Shown: positions 1 through 11,602 of the stretch, piece by piece
Layout: each line of letters starts with the position of its first letter
Position numbering within the stretch: the first letter of the stretch is position 1
Assembly (NCBI GenBank): GCA_963522415.1
Contig: CAUQZV010000004.1
Location: 72 to 64,071 of the forward strand
DNA: 64,000 bases
Direction: 5' to 3'
Source: an uncultured Veillonella sp.
Lineage (GTDB): Bacteria; Bacillota; Negativicutes; Veillonellales; Veillonellaceae
Program-made: the position numbers and the translations under genes
Notes under the pieces: model-generated
Seen by the model: only the letters and a program-made list of their open reading frames with translations
Databases searched by the model: none
What the model was told of the DNA's origin: nothing

Positions 1-46
1 GGGTGCTATTTTTTTATTAATCAATTATCTTAAATCCACTAAAGCC

Positions 47-219
47 GTTTCCAGCCAACATGACTCAAGTAGAATCTATGGAAGAATGCTATAGGCCTGG
101 GATCCCCAGTGAACCACTTTCATAGGAGCGAAGCGACGCATGAAAGTGTGTGAATCGGGGAGTTCCTGGCGTAAGATTTTGGAGCCCCAAAGGGGCGCTC
201 AAAATCCACAGCTAGGAAC
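47..219. repeat. GC-rich multi-hairpin element (MITE/REP-like or structured ncRNA)
   Basis: Nested inverted repeats: 47-55/211-219, 95-107/157-170, CACTTTCAT 115-123/ATGAAAGTG 140-148 around GCGAAGC, and GATTTT-GGAGCCCC-AAA-GGGGCGCTC-AAAATC 175-206. Confidence 0.55.
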
Positions 220-305
220 AAATAGGATGTCGTAACTAATATGACTATATCTGTAATCTTTTTATCTTAATATACCTAAACTCTATAATTGTATAACATA
301 TATAT

Positions 306-331
306 ACTATCTCTTTATGAGATAGTTTTTT
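306..331 (+). terminator. Intrinsic terminator-like hairpin
   Basis: ACTATCTC 306-313 / GAGATAGT 319-326 followed by a T run. Confidence 0.55.
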
Positions 332-339
332 ATATTTTT

Positions 340-417
340 TGTCCCATTATATACAAAAATGTCCCACATTGTAGTATAATATAAACAATATAAACAATAT
401 AAATAATATAAATAATA
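340..417 (+). promoter_or_regulatory. ietA promoter region with TGTCCCA direct repeats and a 9-bp tandem repeat
   Basis: TGTCCCA at 340 and 360; TATAAT at 375; AATATAAAY x4 at 378-413; AGGAGG RBS follows. Confidence 0.5.
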
Positions 418-430
418 GGAGGGACCGGTA

Positions 431-1489
431 ATGAAGAAAAAGAATATACTTAATTTAATAAAATACCATGTAGAGAAGAATGATAGTGCATTTAGAAATG
501 AGAGTATTTCTATTGCTAGATATTTTGATAGTATTGGGGATCAGGATTTAGCTGAATATATCTTAGGTTTACTATCTGAATTACCTCAATTTAGCCCTCA
601 GAGTATAGAAGTTAATAGTGAATTTTTAGAACAATTAGATACGACGAAATTGGAGGCCTTACATTTACCAATAGAGATTATGAATGATGTAAAAGGTATC
701 ATTAATGCAGTAGGGCATAATGTAGGGATAAATAAATTTCTTTTTGAAGGGTATCCAGGTAGTGGTAAAACTGAGGCAGCCAAACAAGTAGCAAGATTAT
801 TAAATCGAAACTTATATAGAGTAGATTTGGAAAGTCTGATTGATAGTAAATTAGGTAAAACAAATAAAAATATTATTCAAGTTTTTGATGAAATTCATGC
901 TCTTCCTAATGCTAGTCAAGCTGTGATACTATTTGATGAAATTGATATCATTGCACTTGATCGAGTAAACTCTAACGATGTTAGAGAAATGGGGCGAGTT
1001 ACGTCAACTATATTACGAGAATTAGATAGATTATCCGAAAATAATAAGGATATTATTTTAATTGCCACAACAAATCTATTTAATAATTTTGATAAAGCTT
1101 TACTTAGACGCTTTGATGCTACTATAAACTTTAATCGATATACAAAGGAAGATTTAATTGAAATAAGTGAATTTTATTTCTCCTCTTTTATTAAAAATTT
1201 TAAAGGGATCACTAAAGATATTCGACTATTACGTAAAATTTTAAAAGTAAGTGAAACATTACCATATCCGGGTGAACTTAAAAATATTATAAAAACATCT
1301 ATTGCATTTAGTGATGTATCATCAGAATATGATTATTTAAAGCGATTATATAATGCCTTAATCGGAAAACTAGATTATAAAGATGTCTCAGACTTATATC
1401 TGGAAGGATTTACTGTACGTGAAATTGAAAAACTGAAAGGAGAGTCTAAAAGCACTGTATCTAGGAAACTACAAAAGGAGGTAGTATAG
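431..1489 (+). CDS. ietA: AAA+ ATPase of the IetAS system, with a C-terminal HTH-like tail
   Basis: Walker A GYPGSGKT, Walker B ILFDE, DKALLRRF arginine finger; adjacent to an S8 protease. Confidence 0.85.
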   Translation: MKKKNILNLIKYHVEKNDSAFRNESISIARYFDSIGDQDLAEYILGLLSELPQFSPQSIEVNSEFLEQLDTTKLEALHLPIEIMNDVKGIINAVGHNVGINKFLFEGYPGSGKTEAAKQVARLLNRNLYRVDLESLIDSKLGKTNKNIIQVFDEIHALPNASQAVILFDEIDIIALDRVNSNDVREMGRVTSTILRELDRLSENNKDIILIATTNLFNNFDKALLRRFDATINFNRYTKEDLIEISEFYFSSFIKNFKGITKDIRLLRKILKVSETLPYPGELKNIIKTSIAFSDVSSEYDYLKRLYNALIGKLDYKDVSDLYLEGFTVREIEKLKGESKSTVSRKLQKEVV

Positions 1490-1490
1490 T

Positions 1491-3725
1491 GTGAATTATG
1501 TTCTGGAGTTAAAGAATAAACGATTTATACAAGCAGATAAGAAAAATATAGGTGGCGGAATTACTATGAATAGTAAAGTAGATGTTACCGTCACACAGTT
1601 AGATACTTTGATAAAGCAATTAAGTTCTATTCAAGAATTTTGGAAGAGAGAACATAAACTATTTGCAGGTCTTTTGGTAAGTGTTCATTATAATAAAATT
1701 GCGGCAAAAAGTAATCGTATTTCTGGATTATTTAAAGGTACAGATTCTAATAATGCCGTAGTAGGAGCTAAGTTTAGTGATGATAAGTCTAAACATATCA
1801 TCACGTATTTTTTAGAAGATAAGGATCTTACTAAAAGTATCGAATTACTTTTACAAGTAAAAGTAATTTTAAATGAAGTATATACTGGAAGAATGAATAA
1901 AAATATATTAGAGAATGCCGAAAAAGTGCATTCAAATATTTTTAAAAATTATCCGATTAGTATGTCTGTATTTAAAAGCGTGATTTCTGATGTTTCCTAT
2001 ATTGAATCGTTTGAAGTCGACCAACCAAAGTTAGTCAAAAGTCAAAGTATTGTTACTTTATATGATGTAAAAAAAGATATCAATGTATTGTTAGATGAAA
2101 TAGGAATAGACCCTTTACATGTGACTATGTTAGATGATCAAACTATATATTTAACGGATACGCAAGTGCAAGTTTTATTTGAAAATGCAGCGTATTTAGT
2201 TGCAATGGCTACTGTTGATATATCTCAATTGCCACCAGATGAATTTATAGATACATATGAAAGTTATAGGGTTACTATTCCAGAACCAACAATTGAGCCA
2301 ACAATAGGAGTCATCGATACATTATTTGATGAAAGGGTATATTTTTCTGAGTGGGTAGAATATCATGATATGGTTTCTAGCGATATAGAGAAATCATCAC
2401 ATGACTATAATCATGGAACAGCGGTATCATCTATTATTGTAGATGGGCCCAGATTAAATCCGTGGTTAGATGATGGTTGTGGTCGGTTTAGAGTTTGTCA
2501 TTTTGGCGTGGCTGTAGGGAAAAGTTTTTCATCATATACTATCATTAAAAATATAAAGAAAATAATAGCTAACAATAGAGATATAAAGGTATGGAATATC
2601 TCTTTAGGGAGTAGTTATGAAATTAATGACAACTTTATATCAGTGGAAGCTGCTACATTAGATAGGATTCAGTTTGAAGAAGATGTCATCTTTGTGGTAG
2701 CGGGCACAAATAAGTCTAGCACGGATGTTATGAAAATAGGTGCTCCAGCTGACTCAATTAATAGTGTTGTTGTAAATGCAGTTACTAAGGAGGGACTATC
2801 TACAGCCTATACAAGAAGAGGGCCTGTATTGTCTTTTTTTGCTAAACCTGATGTAAGTTACTATGGTGGTAGTAAAGGTGATTATATCCAAGTATGTGAA
2901 CCAAATGGAGTTCATGGAGTTGCGGGTACATCGTATGCATCGCCTTGGATAGCTAGAAAACTTTCTTATTTAATCGATATACTAGGGTTACAGAAAGAAG
3001 TAGCGAAAGCATTACTTATCGATTCTGCGCGTGGGTGGAACGAAAATCTCGATCCTAATTTATTAGCTACTTATGGACATGGGATTGTACCAATTCATAT
3101 TAACGATATTATTCAAACTAAAGACGATGAGATTAAATTTTTGGTATCGGACATTAGTGAAAAGTGGAATACCTATAATTATCACTTTCCAGTACCTCTT
3201 GAAGATGATAAATATCCGTACATTGCGAAAGCGACTATGTGCTATTTCCCACTATGTGATAGATTGCAGGGTGTTGATTATACTAATACAGAGCTTAACT
3301 TACATTTTGGAAGAATAGGCAATAATAAAAAAATTATAGATATAAAAGGTGATAAACAAAACTCAGATACTGTATTTGATGAGGGTATATCCTATCTGAA
3401 TGAGAAAGAAGCTAGAAAACAGTTTAGAAAATGGGATAATGTTAAATATATTTCTGAAAGCATCACAAAACGCATGAGAGCAAAGACTTCCTATGAGTAT
3501 AAAAACTGGGGTATGGAAATTAAGACGAACAATCGATTAGATCCTAAAGATGGAATTGGAGTACGATTTGGTGTTGTAGTGACATTAAAAGAAATAAATG
3601 GAGTTAATCGCATTGATGAGTTCATTCGTAACTGTACATTAAACGGGTGGAATGTGAATAAAATAGATGTGAAGAATCGAGTTAGTATCCATCAGAAGAT
3701 GAATGAAGAGATTGAGTTTGAGTGA
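1491..3725 (+). CDS. ietS: Subtilisin-like S8 serine protease (IetS/y4bN-like)
   Basis: Catalytic triad motifs IGVIDT, NHGTAV, GTSYASP; no signal peptide; coupled to the AAA ATPase. Confidence 0.85.
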   Translation: MNYVLELKNKRFIQADKKNIGGGITMNSKVDVTVTQLDTLIKQLSSIQEFWKREHKLFAGLLVSVHYNKIAAKSNRISGLFKGTDSNNAVVGAKFSDDKSKHIITYFLEDKDLTKSIELLLQVKVILNEVYTGRMNKNILENAEKVHSNIFKNYPISMSVFKSVISDVSYIESFEVDQPKLVKSQSIVTLYDVKKDINVLLDEIGIDPLHVTMLDDQTIYLTDTQVQVLFENAAYLVAMATVDISQLPPDEFIDTYESYRVTIPEPTIEPTIGVIDTLFDERVYFSEWVEYHDMVSSDIEKSSHDYNHGTAVSSIIVDGPRLNPWLDDGCGRFRVCHFGVAVGKSFSSYTIIKNIKKIIANNRDIKVWNISLGSSYEINDNFISVEAATLDRIQFEEDVIFVVAGTNKSSTDVMKIGAPADSINSVVVNAVTKEGLSTAYTRRGPVLSFFAKPDVSYYGGSKGDYIQVCEPNGVHGVAGTSYASPWIARKLSYLIDILGLQKEVAKALLIDSARGWNENLDPNLLATYGHGIVPIHINDIIQTKDDEIKFLVSDISEKWNTYNYHFPVPLEDDKYPYIAKATMCYFPLCDRLQGVDYTNTELNLHFGRIGNNKKIIDIKGDKQNSDTVFDEGISYLNEKEARKQFRKWDNVKYISESITKRMRAKTSYEYKNWGMEIKTNNRLDPKDGIGVRFGVVVTLKEINGVNRIDEFIRNCTLNGWNVNKIDVKNRVSIHQKMNEEIEFE

Positions 3726-3813
3726 TTGTAAGATAAAAAACATTGAAGTATTTTCTTTTATGTAAGGTAAGTCTTATACTATGTAATTTGATAGAATTAG
3801 ATGAGAGGATTAG

Positions 3814-6800
3814 ATGGCTGATATTAATAAATTTAATACATTAAATTCTATAATACTTGATGAAATTAATTCTGTATATATAGAATCACTAGATTATGCA
3901 CTTTTAGAGGATGATATTAAGAATTTTGCTATAGCTGGCAAATATGGTGCAGGTAAGAGTACAATATGGAATAGCTATAAAAAAGAACGATTACAAAATA
4001 ATAAAATTTCAGGAAAAATAAAAAGTAAACTTAATAATATTATAACTATTTCTTTAGGAAAGTATGTAGATACAACAGAAAAGTCTGATAATAGTGATAT
4101 CATATTAGAAAGCAGAGTTGAAAGACAAATAATAAATCAGATATTAGCTCAAATAGATGATAAAAGTAGTAATCAATGTAAATACAGATTTAAAGTTACT
4201 CGGGAGTTGAGTGAGATATATAAAACAATAATTTCTTTATCTATTATTGTTTCAGTGATTTATTTTTTTATTATTAAAGAGGATATATTTCTCTACTTAA
4301 CAACCACTGCGAAATTGATATCGTATTTAATATGTTTTATGTGTTTTTTATTTGGGGTAGTACTTCTTATATATGAGCTTTTAAAAAATAGAAATATTAC
4401 CTTTTCTAGTATAAATTTTCAGGGGGTTGAGGCAAAATTTGATAATAATAACCTAGATGAAACTATTTTAGAAAGAGATATAAAAGAAATAGTACTCCTT
4501 CTGTATAGTTCAAAAGTTGAAGTTGTAGTTTTTGAAGATTTAGATAGATATGATAACCTTGATTTATTTACTAGACTAAGAGAACTAAACTATTTACTCA
4601 ATTCTTTTATTATCAATAATAAGGAAGATAGAATTGTTAAGTTTGTATATATGATAAAGGATAGCCTATTTATTTCTAAAAATAGAACAAAATTTTTTGA
4701 TTTTATAATTCCTATTGTTCCTATCGTTGACTCTAAAACATCAGAAAGTCATTTATTTAATCTATTTAAAAAAATAGAAGATGCACCTAATAAAGAATTT
4801 CTATTCAAGATTTCTTTATATATTGATGATATGCGACTTTTAAAAAATATAGTAAATGAATATATAATATATTCGAAAATTATACCATTAAGTGAACTAA
4901 ATTTAGATAAAGATATATTATTTTCTTTAATGGCAATAAAAAATATATTTCCGAAAGAATTTGAATTATTGCAAGAAGATAAAGGATATATCGTAGATGT
5001 TTTGACACAACTAAAATCTGTCAAGAATTTATTAATATATAAATTCAAAGAGAAAATAGATAGCTTAGGAAAAGAAATAGAATGTTTAAAAAGCACTATT
5101 ATTAAGAACGAGATTGATGAGTTAAGTTTGTTAATTCCAACACATATTGCAGTAATTTCTGGAAGTAATAAACAAAGTTGGGCTCAATTTTTGACAGAAT
5201 GGAATAAGGAACCTGAAAAATATTATAATATTAACGAATATAATAGTAGTATTCATAACTATAATTATAAACTATTTTTAGAACGTTATATTTTTAGTAA
5301 TACTGAAAACACTGAAAGATTAAATAAATTACCTACAAATTTAGATATTAAAAGTCAAATACAAAAGTTAGAGTTACAGATACAAAAAACTTTAAAAGAG
5401 AGGGAGCAGGTGTACCAATATAATATAAAAAAAATAATAGCATCATTAACTTCGGAAGAAGTAGATACTTTGTTTTCAGAAATAAAATCAGATATAAAGG
5501 AAAATTATTATTTTCCTTTGATTAGATTTTTAATTCTTAATAATTATATAAATGAAAGTTATTACTACTATAAAGGGTATTATAACGTCAATAATACAGG
5601 TATCATAAGCGTAAATGATATTATATACATGAAAGGATTATTTGAAGATAAAAAAATAGATGTCTTATTTAAAATTGACAATCCTAGAGAAGTAATAGCT
5701 AGATTGCATGAAGATGATTTTAAGCGTGGTAATTTTTTAAACAAGTATATCTTTGAGGCATGTTTGATTGATAATAAAAATAAGCATATCATATCAATGA
5801 CAGCATCCGTAGATGAAAGAGACGATTATAAAACGTTAATTGTTGCATTAAAAAATATTAAAAGAAATCATGTTGAGAAGTATATTAATATATTAATAGA
5901 GAAATATGATAGTTGGATTATCAGAATTTTAAATGCTTGTATAGAGTGTGATGTCACTATTTTACATATTATATTAGTAACAATATTATCAAAGGAAAAT
6001 ATAAAAAAGGGATTACTAGATAGCTTTAAAACTTATATAGAAAGATATAATGAGCTAATCTTCGAAATTCCTAAAGGGTATACTGAGATTGTTATTATAA
6101 ACTTACAAAAAGTAAATATTAAGTTTAATAGCCTTAAGGAGATATCTCATGCTAAAGAAATAATGATTCAGTTAGAAAAAATCAATGCGTATCAACTAAG
6201 TGTGACTAACGTTATTGAACTAGTAAAGAGCCTTTTGGGGAAATCTATAGAATATGGTAATTTATTAAATGAAGTGTTTACCTCTATAGAATTAGTTTCT
6301 ACCAAGAAATATATAAAAGATAACTTTACCAATTTTATTCAACAATATATTTTAGAGTGCTCTGATGGAGAACAATTTATAAATAATGAGAATATAGTTT
6401 TAGAAATTTTAAATTCAGATATACTAGAACGTGAAAAAATATTTTATATAAGTCATAATCAAATAACTATTTCAAACTTAGCAAATCTAAAAAAATGTTT
6501 AAAAAATATAAGTATTCTCCATAGTCTATTAATCAATAATACAATAAGATTTTCCACAGAAAACCTATTAATTTTATGGAACTCAATGAATCGAATGCGG
6601 TATGACCTAATTACTTATATTAACAGGAATTTAAATACTGAGAATGCAGAAGGAATTCTTCATAATAATATAGATATTTGTAATCAATTGATTAACTCAT
6701 CAATTCTCGATTTTGAATTGTTTAAAGTTGTAATTAAATTTGTTAACTATAAAATTAAAAAAATTAATAGAAACTTAAGTGTGGAGTCACTTAATTTACT

Positions 6801-7491
6801 TATAGAGAATAGTTTGATAGAAATAACTGAACATAATATAAAAAGTTTCGTGGATCGTAAGTATGAAGATCAAATTATTAAACTTCTAGAAATAACATCA
6901 AAAACATATGAAAAAAACTTTATATCTATGTTAGTAGATATGGATATATCTGATGAGTTAGTATATAGGATAATTAATAGTAACCTTTCACAAGAGAGCA
7001 TAAAGATTTTAATAGATTTTTTAGGAGATCGAGTTTTAGTAAAAAAAATAAGGGTTTGTAGATCTGATATATTAAAGATTATTATTGATCAAGGCTTATC
7101 AGATGAAAATATCAAATATATAATAGATATTTTTGATCATATTAATTTGAAAAGAGATTTTATTCAATATTTGGTAGATTCGAAAAAACTTGATAGTTAT
7201 AAAGATGTTATTAGTGAAAATATATTAATATATATTTTGAAGTTAGAGGATATTGATGTGGATATAAAGGTAGACTTAATTATAAATAAGATTTTGCATA
7301 GAGTACCAATAGATAGTATTAAAAAATATATATTAAAGGTACCTGAAATTGAAGAGCTTGCTACTGTTTGGGAACAAAAATATCCACTGCTAGATAATGA
7401 GCAAAAGAAACGTGTAGCTAGTGCATTAGCTAATGTTAATATGATAAAATATCGGCAGGGGAAAAGTGAAAAACGAATTATGTGCTGTTAA
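3814..7491 (+). CDS. YobI-family/KAP-like P-loop NTPase with two TM helices (TmnA-like defence protein)
   Basis: GKYGAGKS Walker A, two hydrophobic helices at about aa 139-190, VFEDLDR Walker B, RTKFFDFIIPIVP and DMRLLKNIVNEY motifs; very AT-rich. Confidence 0.8.
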   Translation: MADINKFNTLNSIILDEINSVYIESLDYALLEDDIKNFAIAGKYGAGKSTIWNSYKKERLQNNKISGKIKSKLNNIITISLGKYVDTTEKSDNSDIILESRVERQIINQILAQIDDKSSNQCKYRFKVTRELSEIYKTIISLSIIVSVIYFFIIKEDIFLYLTTTAKLISYLICFMCFLFGVVLLIYELLKNRNITFSSINFQGVEAKFDNNNLDETILERDIKEIVLLLYSSKVEVVVFEDLDRYDNLDLFTRLRELNYLLNSFIINNKEDRIVKFVYMIKDSLFISKNRTKFFDFIIPIVPIVDSKTSESHLFNLFKKIEDAPNKEFLFKISLYIDDMRLLKNIVNEYIIYSKIIPLSELNLDKDILFSLMAIKNIFPKEFELLQEDKGYIVDVLTQLKSVKNLLIYKFKEKIDSLGKEIECLKSTIIKNEIDELSLLIPTHIAVISGSNKQSWAQFLTEWNKEPEKYYNINEYNSSIHNYNYKLFLERYIFSNTENTERLNKLPTNLDIKSQIQKLELQIQKTLKEREQVYQYNIKKIIASLTSEEVDTLFSEIKSDIKENYYFPLIRFLILNNYINESYYYYKGYYNVNNTGIISVNDIIYMKGLFEDKKIDVLFKIDNPREVIARLHEDDFKRGNFLNKYIFEACLIDNKNKHIISMTASVDERDDYKTLIVALKNIKRNHVEKYINILIEKYDSWIIRILNACIECDVTILHIILVTILSKENIKKGLLDSFKTYIERYNELIFEIPKGYTEIVIINLQKVNIKFNSLKEISHAKEIMIQLEKINAYQLSVTNVIELVKSLLGKSIEYGNLLNEVFTSIELVSTKKYIKDNFTNFIQQYILECSDGEQFINNENIVLEILNSDILEREKIFYISHNQITISNLANLKKCLKNISILHSLLINNTIRFSTENLLILWNSMNRMRYDLITYINRNLNTENAEGILHNNIDICNQLINSSILDFELFKVVIKFVNYKIKKINRNLSVESLNLLIENSLIEITEHNIKSFVDRKYEDQIIKLLEITSKTYEKNFISMLVDMDISDELVYRIINSNLSQESIKILIDFLGDRVLVKKIRVCRSDILKIIIDQGLSDENIKYIIDIFDHINLKRDFIQYLVDSKKLDSYKDVISENILIYILKLEDIDVDIKVDLIINKILHRVPIDSIKKYILKVPEIEELATVWEQKYPLLDNEQKKRVASALANVNMIKYRQGKSEKRIMCC

Positions 7492-7583
7492 TTAAGATAA
7501 TAGATTAGTGTGGAAGAAATGATAAACCTTAACTAGCTATCAAAGGATACGATCAGATTTTAAGACTGAAAGTTAAAATATAA

Positions 7584-9206
<1,623 letters not shown>

Positions 9207-9216
<10 letters not shown>

Positions 9217-10070
9217 GAAACTTTGATGAATGGTTAAATACCATGACGGATTCAGTAGCAAGTTGGACATATTATACAGATTTTGAAAAAGTGTATGAAA
9301 ATGTCAATGATATTAAAATTCCATTATGCCTTTTGAATAGCTTAATAGGAAGTAAGAATATAAAACAAGATTTTTTAAAGTTATATAATGAGTATCCAGA
9401 AGTATTGCGTGCTGTGCCTATTATTATTGCTAAAAGACTTAAAGACATCGTTGTTGTAAAAGATCCAGAAAAAGATTTCTATTTTGACTTTAGAAAACAT
9501 GATTATACACCTGAGGAATATTCTTTATTTATGGAGAAAACGGGAATATATGATTTACTAGAACATCATTTAGTTGCAAGTCTATTGGACTATGTAACTG
9601 GTGTAGAAGTAGGTATGGATACGAATGGACGTAAAAACAGAACTGGTCACTCAATGGAAGCTATTGTTCAGCAATACCTAGAGCAAGAAGGATATGTTAT
9701 GGGAGAGACTATGTTTAAAGAAATCTATCAAAATGAAATTGAAGAACGCTTTAACGTTGACTTATCCGCTATTACTAATGAAGGAACAACTCAGAAACGA
9801 TTTGATTATGTAATTAAATGTAATACAACAATATATTTAATTGAAGTTAACTTTTATGCTACGGGCGGGTCTAAGTTAAACGAAACAGCAAGATCGTACA
9901 AAATGATTACAGAAGAAACTAAGAATATTCCTAATGTAGAGTTTATGTGGTTTACCGATGGAAAAGGTTGGCATAAAGCTAAAAATAACTTACGGGAAAC
10001 ATTTGAGGTATTGCCTAACTTATATAATATTAATGATCTATCAAATGGGGTATTAAAAAATATTATTTAA
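9207..10070 (+). CDS. dpnB: DpnII-family type II restriction endonuclease (GATC predicted)
   Basis: [52 protein letters not shown] motifs. Confidence 0.9.
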
Positions 10071-10114
10071 TATATTAGGAGTATATCCTTCTTTCCCCTA
10101 CAGAAAGGACCACT

Positions 10115-10996
10115 ATGGAACAACTTTCTCCTAATCAACATAACAAACAAAACACTGATACATATCAAGATGTAATTCACACTCCTCATCCTACTATTAC
10201 GGGCAAAAATGATGATATAATGTTTCCACGTCCAGAGATATATCTAGCAGAGGTTGAATTTGGTAATTCCAGAGAAATAGGTACTTTCATTTGCGAAGAT
10301 ATAGACATATGGTATGGAGACTTTGTCTATGTAACAGGCCCTATGCAAGACAAAATTGGAACAGTGCGAGATGTGGACTATTTTTGTAAGATCCGACCTT
10401 CTAAATATGAACGGGTGATAGCAAAAGTTGATACATCCCTATATGGTGAATTTTCTCCTATAGAACACTTATGGGTGACTTTTCAACGTAACAGTATTGA
10501 AAAGGATAAAATGCGCCTTTGGTTTCTATCACCCTTATTTGATGGGCCTTGTGTTAGTAATAATGATGTGGTTCCATTTTCATTGTTCAAGTTAGATGCT
10601 TTCCCTATATCTTCTATTCGTGCAGAGCGTGGGGAAGGCTATTATGAAGACCATCGTGTGGTTTATCTCTCTATCGATAAGGGAGAAGGGTATGCCATTG
10701 TACAAGGTTCTGAGTACTATGAGGTTACTTTCATCTATGAAGATGAGGAAATAAAAATGATTGTATGTAATTGCTATTGTGAGGGCCATTGCAAACATGA
10801 ATATGCTGTATTATTACAGTTGCAGGACTTAGTGGATAATTGGGCAGTAAACTTTGATGAAAATTACCCTAAACAGGAATATTTTGCAGCGATTGATAAA
10901 ACGGTAGCTTGGAATATGAGTATTAGTCGTAGACAGAAAGAAATCATTAGATTAACAGAAGATTCCTATGAGGGACTTATTATATATGAAGATTAA
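10115..10996 (+). CDS. SWIM zinc-finger domain protein
   Basis: RGEGYY...AIVQGSEYYEV...CNCYCEGHCKHEYAVL SWIM-type motif. Confidence 0.7.
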   Translation: MEQLSPNQHNKQNTDTYQDVIHTPHPTITGKNDDIMFPRPEIYLAEVEFGNSREIGTFICEDIDIWYGDFVYVTGPMQDKIGTVRDVDYFCKIRPSKYERVIAKVDTSLYGEFSPIEHLWVTFQRNSIEKDKMRLWFLSPLFDGPCVSNNDVVPFSLFKLDAFPISSIRAERGEGYYEDHRVVYLSIDKGEGYAIVQGSEYYEVTFIYEDEEIKMIVCNCYCEGHCKHEYAVLLQLQDLVDNWAVNFDENYPKQEYFAAIDKTVAWNMSISRRQKEIIRLTEDSYEGLIIYED

Positions 10997-11005
10997 GGAG
11001 GCCCC

Positions 11006-11530
11006 ATGCAAGAACGTAAACTTTCATCGGAAATGAAATTCGATGGTAAATTGATTAAGGTAACTTATGATGTAGCAGAGGTCAATGGTAAGGAAGCTTG
11101 GCGTGAGGTGGTACATCATCCAGGGGCAAGTGCAGTGGTAGCCATTGATGAGGAAAATCGTATTATTATGGAAAAACAGTTCCGCTATGCATTGAACGAT
11201 TATTTATTGGAAATCCCTGCGGGTAAATTAGATGCTGGTGAAGATCCTTTGGTATGTGCTAAACGTGAGCTAGAAGAAGAAACAGGTATTGTAGCTTCGG
11301 AATGGATTAGTCTTGGAACTATTGCAACATCTCCTGGTTTTTGTAATGAAGTCATTCATTTGTATGTAGCAAAAGGACTTTCCAAAGGGGAAATCCATTG
11401 GGATGAAGATGAATATGTGGAAGTAGAGCGCTATACGTTTGACGAATTGCTACAACGTATTAAGGAAGAGAAAATCAAAGATAGTAAATCTTTATCCGCG
11501 TTGTTATTAGCTATGCCGTATTTAAAATAA
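11006..11530 (+). CDS. nudF: NUDIX hydrolase (ADP-ribose pyrophosphatase)
   Basis: EIPAGKLDAGE...AKRELEEETG Nudix box; SPGF motif. Confidence 0.9.
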   Translation: MQERKLSSEMKFDGKLIKVTYDVAEVNGKEAWREVVHHPGASAVVAIDEENRIIMEKQFRYALNDYLLEIPAGKLDAGEDPLVCAKRELEEETGIVASEWISLGTIATSPGFCNEVIHLYVAKGLSKGEIHWDEDEYVEVERYTFDELLQRIKEEKIKDSKSLSALLLAMPYLK

Positions 11531-11602
11531 TGAAAGAATGCCTAGGAGTCTAACTTCCTAGGCATAGATTGTTTACGAGTGTTTAACAAAGAGGAGGTCT
11601 CT

